Source: Lytechinus pictus (lineage: Eukaryota). Taken from it: a stretch of 64,000 bases of DNA. Of this stretch, positions 55,001 through 64,000 are shown piece after piece; position 1 is the stretch's first letter, and each line of letters starts with the position of its first letter. Both the position numbers and the translations under genes were made by a program. The stretch covers positions 8,744,001 to 8,808,000 of the forward strand of contig NC_087249.1 of assembly GCF_037042905.1 (NCBI RefSeq), written 5' to 3'. The notes under the pieces were generated by a model. The model searched no databases and was not told the DNA's origin. It saw only the letters and a list, made by a program, of their open reading frames with translations.

Positions 55001-58000
55001 TAATGGCTTCCATATTTATTACTGATTGGATCAATCACAACTCTTTGTATGACCAACATTAGGCCCTGAGGTATGAGTATGAAAAAGAAGACTTACGGAG
55101 TTGATCGGTGAAAGAGGACATCAACCTCCAGCTTGCCACAACTCTCCATCACGGTGTAATTTGGCGATGCAAAGGTAAACTTTCCCTTTAAGTCCTCTGT
55201 GTACAGGAAAAACAATTATAGCCAATTAATAATGCAATGGATTTCAAGCTAATGCTATATCAAACCAAACAGAACAATTGTTCAGCTAGAAAGAAAGAAA
55301 GAGACAATTCATCAACTAACACCACTAAGGGGGTGTTGCAAGAAAATATTTGCGATCAATTGCAAATATTCTGTCGCAATTTTACAACTGACAGATCAAC
55401 AGATTAGCAATGAATTGCAAATTTGCAATCAATTGCAAGACATATGATTGATTTAGGGACCAACAATTGACTTGCAATTGATCGCAAGTTTCTTGCAACA
55501 CCCCATAAGTCAATTCCATCTAATTACACTTGGTTTAAAAAAAAACCACTTTTGCCTCAATTCCCTACTGGATAGAACAATGTCCCGCAGTGTGTGCCAC
55601 AGTGGGTTCACCTTCACACCGTTAAATTTTAGCCTATCAAAAGTGTGGATCACGTATTCACATAGTCGACCATGTGAACATGCTGTGAACAGTTACACAC
55701 TGTCGATGTGTGGGGTATGAAAATATCTTCACACTGTTCAATTTGATCGTTTTAACAGCATGAATAATATTTTCAAGTAGTCCACAATGTGAACACACTG
55801 TGATCACACTGTGTTACACTGTGTCCTTTCCAGCATTGTCCCCTCCAAAAGAAAAAGAAGAAGAAATAAGCTTACCTGACAATGCGCCATCACTGGCCTT
55901 CTGCATAGCTTGTACCTTGTCCACCAGGGCTAGTAGCCGGGGCTGGTGTCCGCCTGCCCCACCGGCTGCTATCCTCTGGGCCATGAAATGCTTCTTGCCC
56001 CCGATCATGGACCGTACCACAGCGTGTCTGAATCTGAAGAACCAATCAATAAAGCACGTCATCAAAATGTGAAATAAGAACGGCAATCAGCAACTATTAA
56101 TTCAATTTCACCACCCCCGTGAATCTTGTTATTACTAGAAAAGAATTTGAGGGAATTAAGTAGAGTTGATTTGTTTTATTCAATTTTCAAAACTTTGATC
56201 TCTGATTAATCTGTACTTTCTATCATATTTTTTACATAAGCATTGCTGTTCCTTATATAGTTCGGTATCACTTTACCTACAAATTGGTGAATAACCAAGT
56301 GAAATGCAAAATGTGTTTCTGATAGAGGTGTAACTGTAATCTTAATTGAATTATAGCATATTAACATTTCTTCTAATTAACAGCCTTATAATCCAGAGGG
56401 ACGCTATTCCCTTTCAATTCAAATGATTATTTTGCTTATTTTCGAACACAAACAAGCACAAAATATATTCAGTAATATGTACAGACCTTTTAATATATTT
56501 GGTAAATTAAAGTACAAAAAATGAAAGCATTCATGGAAATAATCAAAATTATCAGTTGAACATATGATACAGCAACCAATGGAATGGAGCAAAATGATCA
56601 GATATGCTGGATATGAGATGATAAATGATTTTTATTTACATGCAGCATAAGGAAAGATGAAAACACAATGAAAATTTACTTCCTAAATGATAAATTTCTT
56701 TTTGATGAAATAGTAGCAATAGATGATATAAAATGCATCTGCCAAAAAATAATAACATCCAAACTGCATGCCAGAATAAGAAATACCATCTATACAAATA
56801 TATCAAAAGACAAAATCAAATTAAGTTCATACTTTAGCATGCAATCACATCTTGCATTCATCATACAATCATCATGCATTCATCATGCAATCATATGTAA
56901 ACAAATGAGAATAGGATATATCGGGTTAGTCCACAAAAGAATTAATTTTGAAGAGCGATAGATGATATGGCAATCATATGATGCAAGATGAAACAATTTC
57001 TCGGATCATTCTTTTCTAAAAAGTAAGAATGATGAGTTTTCCCATCATTGAGGTTTTTCTCCCATGTCACTCGAGATGGTCATGCGGGAAGGGAGAACAT
57101 GATTTAATGGATGGTTTCCATGACAACAGCTTGGATACCATAGATTAAACATGAAGGGTAACAAATATTCCTATTTCTTCCTCTCTTCAGTTCATCCCAG
57201 GTTCATTTATCATCATGAGCTCTGTGAAATTGGAGACGACTTCCAACTCTACATCCAAATGACTAGTTATATAGATTTGCTTTCAGTCACATAACATTTC
57301 ATTTGGAAGTAACATTAACGTAGCAACTGAAAAAACACCCACATTCATCTCTTAAATGGTATAATAAATACGTAAAATGGGATATATATAACAATGCATA
57401 CGTATATTTCAATTACACATGCATACATGTATGTAGCATAGTGATGCGCAATGTCAAAAAAAAATCAATTAGTATGAATAAGAATGACCGCATGAGAATT
57501 TAGAAGAAAGAATTATTAACAAAGTAATAATACAGACCATTGTTTTTATTGCCAAAGAGTGATATAAGAAGATTAATCATTGCAAAGTCAAATAAAAATA
57601 CAAGTATTTTTTTAAGAATGATTGATAACTAAGCATTAAAAGTTACCTGACAGACACTTTGCTGGGGACAAGATTATATATTTTTTTTAATATTATTAAT
57701 CATTTTCTAACATCGTTTTTAAATAATCTTTGTTATGGTTTTATGTTTTCCCATATTTAGTAGTCACTTTAACATCATCATCCAACATGTTCCACATCTT
57801 CATCCCTTCAAACCCAAAGTCTGTCTTGTCTTTGTATGAAATTAATGGAAATTACTTCAAATTGCAGGAAAGAATTGATTGAATTTGGGAGACAAAGACC
57901 GAAAATGAAATGTCAGGTGAGAGCAGAGTCACCAAACGGTCAATTCATTTACAAAACTTGTCTAGTGCATGAAGTTCCAGCCTGTCAACATTAGAATTCC

Positions 58001-61000
58001 TCATTATTTGTTATTCATGTTGCTATGGAGATGACCTTTATTCTCTGACCCTGACTTTCAAAGAGAACACTTGTATAAATGAGGCATAAAATGGGATCAT
58101 CATCATCAGGAAAGCTGTCATCACAAAAACTCTTCTGGTATGGCAAGACAGATGAAAGTGAGGTAGGAGGAAGAACAAAATTGGGGATAAAGAAGGTGAA
58201 GAAGGGAAGAAAAGAAGGGGATAGGAAGAGAAAGAGGGATGGAATAAAGGAAAGAGTTGGAACTTTGAGATGAATTCATGTATATTCCCTTTAAAATTAT
58301 CATATCATAACATCTATATATTTTTTCTCATTCACATTCATGGTCAAACATTCATCCTGTAGGCATTGCATGTCACAAATTCACAATCAGTTCTAAGAAT
58401 TGCATAAAGAATTGACTCCCCCCAAAAAAAAAAATAATAATAATAATTAATTAATAAATAAATGAATAAAAATAAATAGATAAATAAATTAATTTAAAAA
58501 ATAAATATAAATAAATAAATGAATGAATAGAAACATAAAATAAAAATATAAAATAAAGTAAAATAAAACTTAAGAAATTAATAGCAGTAATAATACTCTA
58601 AATAAATACAAAAATATAGAGAGTTGATGAGGATTTTTTAATGTAATATTGATAATTAAAGCAAAATTGTAAAAATATCAATGAAAAATAAAGGATAAAA
58701 ATAAACAATAACAAATTCAAAACAAAAACAATGAAGTAAAAAAAGACAATTAAAAAATAATGATTTCTAACAAGACAATGAAATGAAAATATGATATACG
58801 GTATTATTTTTTGTTTTGTTTCTAATGATTCTGATGAAGGCATCTTTTAAAAATAAATGCAAGGAACCAGAAGGAGATACCATGTGATACACAGCCCCGT
58901 TCCCCCTCTCCTACCCCCCCCCCCCAACAAAAGGAGAAACTAAATGACTCTAAAATCACATCAATATGCACAAATCTGTCAAGAGATCCTTCTTTTGCAC
59001 CTCATCCATGACACGCACATCTTCCAGTTGGATAGCCAGGTAAAACCCACGATAATACAGGGGGTGAGAGAACGTGGCATTCCACACCACCGCTTTCGCA
59101 TCAGGGATCACCCATCTCCTAAAAAATCTTCTCTGCCATGACCAGACAAACGAGGATTGTTTCTGCCTCAGTTGTACCTCAAGCACCAGTGAATCTTCCA
59201 GAAACTCATGCATCGTTGCAGAATTTTTTGCCTAACCCAATCACACCCGCACCGTTAATTAGGAGCTACAAATCTTCCAACGTTACCGCTTTTAGACCTG
59301 GATGAAATGTCTGCTCCAACTCACAGTATATTCCTACATGACATGGTTCACACTGAACATATCCCTTTTAATGGTCACTCATAGAACTTACCAACAACTG
59401 AACTTCATGTGAGAAAGAATCTTACAAATTTTTCTAAAACCTGCATCTATTTCAACTTTACAGTAGTTTTTTAAAAGATTTAAAACTTGTAAAGCTATAT
59501 CAAAAAATTTCTGATAAGTAAAAAAAAACTCTTCAAATTACCCCCTACCTTTTGACAATAGGGATCTACCAATGTGCATTGTTATCTCTTTGTGTTTTCT
59601 TGCCTTACGTAAACTAGATTTAAAAATATAAACAATTATTTCCAAGGTGTATCTAAATCTAAATGTACATCTACAATAGATTGGGATCTAAAAATAGTGT
59701 ATTGAACTCACTTTTAGGAAATTCACTTTTTTACCCAGAAACAGCTTTTTAAATTGTTATTGTGAACCACTCTACATTAGTTAGATCGAAGCAGATTTTC
59801 CCATCAAGCAGTGATCTGGATGGAATTGCTTTCAAGCCAGTGGCTTTTTTTACAGGGAATAAACATTCTTGATTCATTGGAGGTCTAATGCACCAGAAAA
59901 TTGAATTTCCTAAGTGAACTGCCATCTTGAAACGCGTGCAGCACGTCATATGTTAAGTTTACTAAAAATCTCAGAAAAGTATGCATTTTATTTCATCTTA
60001 TATTCTCGTCAGTAATTAATCAAATTCATAACGCATTTTCTACACTCATAATGCCTGGAGTGAGATGACCGCTTTAAAATTCATTGAATTTTCATTTTAT
60101 TTTCTTGGAGATGTGTCAAGATAATATCTGATACTTTACAAGTGCATCCATATATATACAGTACTGCAGCTTTGATTTTAATTTTGTAAGTAGTGATATT
60201 CAGGAATTATAGGTAAGCTTAAATGTGGATTTAATTGCAAAAGATATACACAACATTGACCTTTTACTTCCTGGATCAATATGCGATACATGGTGGGTTG
60301 TCTTAAAAAAGGGAGAAAACAAGTGACTAAATGCTTTCCCGAAGTAACAGTGTTACATGAATATGTTTACCCTTTGAATTTACGGTATTATTGGTGATTT
60401 GAGCTAAGAAATTTCATTCTCTTCAAATACAAATCTGCATAAAGCCATTGGTCAACAGGGTTCCCAGCTTTTCAAGAAAACAAAATTCCCTGATTTTTCT
60501 CTAATGAAGTTTGAAAATTCCCTGATAATCATTTAAACCCATTCCCAGTTTCGCATGTTTTCTAAGTTGTTGCAGTGAATTACATGTATTTCAGTATAAA
60601 AACAATAATGTAAAACTAATTAGTACCGCCATAACCAGTCATTCAATGGATGATGTTTTGATATGCATCAAAATATAACAGAGTCTGACTGACTACCATG
60701 CTTTCGACTTTTGGGTCGATCAAATTCCCTGATTTTTCCCTCATTCGAGGCATTTTTTCCTGATTTGAGGTATTTTTTATCAAATTCCCTGTTTTTTCCC
60801 TGACTGGAAAAAATTAAAATAATTTTCCCTGATTTTCCTGATGGACTGGGAACCCTGACAAGTAAAATCTTCTGTTATAATTTAACATACAATATTTTAC
60901 TACAAGTGACCAAGCTCCCCTCTCTCGAATGTTATTTCAATACTAACGTCATATATGGCTGCTCATCAATTCATTTTACCTTGGCATTTTTCATCAACAG

Positions 61001-62513
61001 GTAACCGCCCCTATGTGCCTCTTAGAAAGTTAGTCTGCACAGTACAGACACTGTAAGGAAATTAACGTGGTATATCTCACGCGGAACAGCCTGAATCATT
61101 TTCCAACACTCGTTATTACTAGTATGCACATTTTCAATAATAAAGCTTGTAAAGTTGGGATAGTCTGATTTAAATGAAGAAATTTTGGTAAGTTACATCG
61201 TGCTTTATAACATGTCTACATAGGGTCTGTGCTTGGAAACTACAATTAATCAGACATTTACATCATCGAGGCAGCTAGCAGAAAACATGATGAATCAGCA
61301 GACAGTCTACTTCTTCCTGAGTAAATGATAATTTTCGAAGCCTCATTCCCGATTTGTTGCTTCCGTTTTTGAAAGGCGAAAAGGGGGCAATACCAGCACA
61401 CACATGTAAGAGAATGTTAGAGGGAAATTGAGGACAACCTTAAATAATGCCTGAGACTTTCTAATCTTCAAGTTATGGTATTATCATTGCTATAACCATT
61501 ATCATCATCATCACCATCATCATCACCATCGTCATTATTTTCATCATCATCATCTTTTTCATCATCATCATCATTTTCATCATCATCATCACCATTATCA
61601 TCATCATCATCACCACCACCATCAACACATCTAATTTTCTACAACACTTTATACTTGTTTTAAAGTTTCTTTCTTGTAAGAACATCATTTACAAACAATC
61701 ATCATAAACATTGCAACTTCTTGTGAATAAAGGACACTGGTATATTTAAAAACAAAATAATTCTAAAAAAAATTTACAGTAACATTCACAGGAGCATGTA
61801 AACTATTTTTCATGAATTAAGACCATACACGAATTTGTATTTAAAGGTCAAGTCCTCCCCAGAAAAATGAGGATTCGAATAAATAGAGAAAAATCCAATG
61901 ACCAAAACGCTAAAAATTTTCATCAAAATCGGATGTAAAATAAGAAAGTTATGACATCTTAAAGTTTCGCTTATTTTCACAAAACAGTGATATGCACATC
62001 TCAGTGACATACGAATGAGACAGTTGATGATGTCCATCACTCACTATTTCTTTTGTTTTTTACTGTTTGAATTATACAATATTTAATTTTTTACAGCTTT
62101 GACAATAAGGACCGACTTGACTGAACCATATAGTATTGAACAATGCTTATTCCACATGTTCAGGGGGGAATCAATCATTGTATCACTTTGACACTGAGAA
62201 AATTAGAATTTTTCATATTTCATATAATAAAATACAAAAGAAACAGTGAGTGGATGACGTCATAGTCTCCTCATTTGCATACCAGCCAGGATGTGCATAT
62301 AACTGTTTTGTGAAATTAAGCGAAACTTTAAAATGTCATAACTTTCTTATTTTACATCCGATTGTGATGAAATTTTCAGTGTTATGCTGGTTAGATTTTT
62401 CTCTTTTTATTCAAAGCAACTAATGGTTGGGGTGGACTTGTCCTTTAAATGGGCGTGTTAGGATGGATGCGCGATGATCAACTCACCTCAAGATTGGAGT
62501 GCTCGGCTGTTTA
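39890..62513 (-). CDS. SLC8/NCX sodium/calcium exchanger-like gene, 5'-incomplete (cytosolic loop, two Calx-beta domains, alpha-2 repeat, C-terminal TMs)
   Basis: complement join 62487..62513, [57647..57661], 55876..56033, 55097..55196, 49514..49538, 48711..48869, 48006..48168, 47289..47412, 44930..45059, 43982..44072, 43116..43191, 42431..42553, 41682..41757, 41061..41214, 40509..40687, 39890..40009. Phases are consistent. Motifs: [59 protein letters not shown]. Confidence 0.93.
40509..40687 (-). CDS. NCX exon ([15 protein letters not shown]...)
   Basis: cag acceptor, gtaagt donor; second half of alpha-2 repeat and a TM segment. Confidence 0.93.
40743..41020 (-). mobile_element. SINE-like element in an NCX intron
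   Basis: Longer copy of the 35225-35402 family; contains aaatgggtacc and a (tat)n tail on the minus strand. Confidence 0.6.
41061..41214 (-). CDS. NCX exon (alpha-2 repeat)
   Basis: [51 protein letters not shown]. Confidence 0.94.
41682..41757 (-). CDS. NCX exon
   Basis: [25 protein letters not shown]; aag acceptor, gtatat donor. Confidence 0.9.
41880..42270. repeat. 42-bp minisatellite in an NCX intron
   Basis: gtcatatcccacc motif recurs with period 42 (e.g. 42001 and 42043). Confidence 0.8.
42431..42553 (-). CDS. NCX exon
   Basis: [40 protein letters not shown]. Confidence 0.93.
43116..43191 (-). CDS. NCX exon
   Basis: [24 protein letters not shown]; tgtag / gtgagt; phases fit both neighbours. 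Confidence 0.88.
43982..44072 (-). CDS. NCX exon (end of Calx-beta 2)
   Basis: [30 protein letters not shown]; tag / gtcagt. Confidence 0.88.
44930..45059 (-). CDS. NCX exon (Calx-beta 2)
   Basis: [43 protein letters not shown]. Confidence 0.9.
47289..47412 (-). CDS. NCX exon (start of Calx-beta 2)
   Basis: [40 protein letters not shown]. Confidence 0.9.
47690..47982. repeat. (CAT)n-type microsatellite
   Basis: Seen directly; similar tracts at 61490-61625 and 62680-62762. Confidence 0.9.
48006..48168 (-). CDS. NCX exon (end of Calx-beta 1)
   Basis: [54 protein letters not shown]. Confidence 0.92.
48711..48869 (-). CDS. NCX exon (Calx-beta 1)
   Basis: [53 protein letters not shown]. Confidence 0.9.
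48935..49230. repeat. GA-rich low-complexity tract
   Basis: Seen directly; reads as a polypyrimidine tract on the NCX sense strand. Confidence 0.9.
49514..49538 (-). CDS. NCX 25-nt microexon (RRTRQLTQ)
   Basis: tttcag|GAGAAGAACTCGTCAGCTCACCCAG|gtatgt; bridges the phase-2 donor at 55097 to the phase-0 acceptor at 48869. Confidence 0.8.
49829..50037. repeat. 102-bp direct tandem duplication
   Basis: aatgagt...atacaaaaga occurs at 49829 and 49931. Confidence 0.9.
55097..55196 (-). CDS. NCX exon (start of Calx-beta 1)
   Basis: [32 protein letters not shown]; cag / gtaagt. Confidence 0.9.
55328..55504. mobile_element. short palindromic MITE
   Basis: ggggtgttgcaagaaa / tttcttgcaacacccc. Confidence 0.7.
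55876..56033 (-). CDS. NCX exon (loop before Calx-beta 1)
   Basis: [52 protein letters not shown]; ttcag / gtaagc. Confidence 0.88.
57647..57661 (-). CDS. candidate NCX 15-nt microexon (S-KVSV-R)
   Basis: cttgtccccag|CAAAGTGTCTGTCAG|gtaact; symmetric phase 2-2 with no stop codon. Confidence 0.6.
60457..60857. mobile_element. MITE with CAGGGTTCCCAG / CTGGGAACCCTG ends and internal ttccctga subrepeats
   Basis: 12-bp perfect terminal inverted repeats. Confidence 0.7.
61841..62448. mobile_element. palindromic TTAAAGG-family MITE
   Basis: ttaaaggtcaagtcctcccc / ggggtggacttgtcctttaa; long imperfect arms. Confidence 0.78.
62487..62513 (-). CDS. candidate NCX 27-nt microexon (KQPSTPIL)
   Basis: ctcacag|TAAACAGCCGAGCACTCCAATCTTGAG|gtgagt; symmetric phase 2-2 and in frame with the exon starting at 56033. 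Confidence 0.68.
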
Positions 62514-64000
62514 CTGTGAGGGGTGGGTGCAGTGTGTGTTTACAACAATAACATGCAGTCAAAAAGGGATGCAGCACACATCACAATGAAAACATGGATG
62601 GGTCACATATCAGAGGCATGCATTGGTTCAAAAGGAGACAAGATGGGATGACATGGGTTAAAGCAAAAATGAATGGGTGTGATGATGATGAAGATGATGA
62701 TGATTATGATGATGATGATGAGGATGATGATGATGATTAAAATGATGGTGATGATGATGATGGTATGCTAAAAGACTGATTCAATGTCGAGATTGCAAAA
62801 AAAAATCACCCATTTTGCAGAAAACATGCTCATTTTCTTTCTCATAAGTACTCACAGAGATATATATCATTTTTTTTATTATTCAACTTTAGCAAGCATT
62901 AATGCTGTAGGCACATTTTGGCAATATCAGCTTGCCAATCAAATATTTGGCAAGTACTTTTTTTTACATTTTGTGATCATAATTCTGAAAGCTGTATCCT
63001 CCTTCTTTAATCTGAAATTCTTTTCCTGCAGATTCTGTGCATGTTTGTCACTAACTACCTCTTTTTCAGTATTTTCATTCTGTGAAAGCAACCCCTTTCT
63101 CAGAAATTGAAAAAGCCTTGCCTACCATTCCACCCTACAATGGCAAAAGGAATTAAAAGACATAGAGCCAAAATTGAGTTGCTGATATATCCATTTCTAC
63201 TATTATCACCACAGACTTCAATAATTCAAAGCCTTTAGGTTGCAGTAGTAGCCACATTGGCTAAAAATTGTAGCTTATTGTATAACATTACAATGACGTC
63301 ATTACGATTCCGAATTTAATTTACTTTCACATCTAAAATAAAAAGAGTGTCAACAGAAGTTTCTGCCATCAAGCAAAAATTTACCATTTACGTCGATGTG
63401 AAGGACGGATATAATATTCTTTTTTTAAGGAAATGTTCATTTTGCAACTTACTTCCTTTTGCCATTGGTGTAGGTGAGTGAGCACTTAACATGGATTATG
63501 CATTAGGCATGATGCATGAGTAAAATGTGAGGTAGATTAAGATCAAAGCACAAAGGATGTAAGAAAAAATTATGGATTTGGGCCATGTCAGGAGAAGTGA
63601 AAGGCACATCCATTCTGTATTAATATCATTTCATTTATCAACTTTATCAAATATTAGCTCCAGAGATTGAAAAGGCTGTTCTTTATATAAAGATTTTGTG
63701 GCTTTTTAGCTTTTTCTGACAAACATTATACATTTATCTAAAAAAAAGTTTAAACCAACCTATTTGTTGGTTCAAAAAAAAATCTATGCAAAATGAATTG
63801 AGATTTTTAACCAACAGTTGATCACTTCATATTTTAACCAACTTTTTGGCTTGTTTAAACAATTCTTAGAGTGTATATACATTTTGTTTAAGCCAGGCTT
63901 CACAGAAATATGGGCGGAATGCTAATGGAGCAATTAACCCTCTATATACAATGATACATCTTAGTATAATAGAAACAATCATTTCTTCTATTTCAATGAT

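Noticed and set aside
56271..56290. tttgtag|gtaaag as a recursive splice site on the minus strand
   Set aside because: A single short motif only ~240 nt from the true acceptor in a modest-sized intron; expected by chance.
60980..61274. Possible 31-nt (60980-61010) and 13-nt (61262-61274) minus-strand microexons
   Set aside because: Their lengths break the phase 2-2 frame and the splice sites are weak.

Overview
AT-rich, intron-containing animal genomic DNA. The repeat families look like those of a sea urchin, which is an inference. Three spliced genes can be reconstructed with consistent GT-AG sites and reading frames. (1) A complete 4-exon SLC10 sodium/bile-acid cotransporter-like gene (+, 5319-9866, 364 aa). 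(2) A complete 6-exon fructose-1,6-bisphosphatase gene (+, 18172-27638, 337 aa). (3) The 3' part of an SLC8/NCX Na+/Ca2+ exchanger (-, stop at 39890, 5' end beyond the window), with two Calx-beta domains and the alpha-2 repeat. The rest is MITEs, LINE/SINE fragments, mini- and microsatellites. The most notable observations are: a set of frame-compatible microexons (27, 15 and 25 nt, plus weaker candidates) with clustered TGCATG motifs in the NCX cytosolic loop; an acidic-residue-poor second Calx-beta domain; a ~5.1 kb Foldback-like element with a 10-bp flanking direct repeat and nested cargo just after the SLC10 stop; and a ~1.1 kb tandem duplication containing a 21-bp minisatellite just after the NCX stop. 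I found no prokaryote-type system and cannot claim a wholly new biological system from sequence alone.
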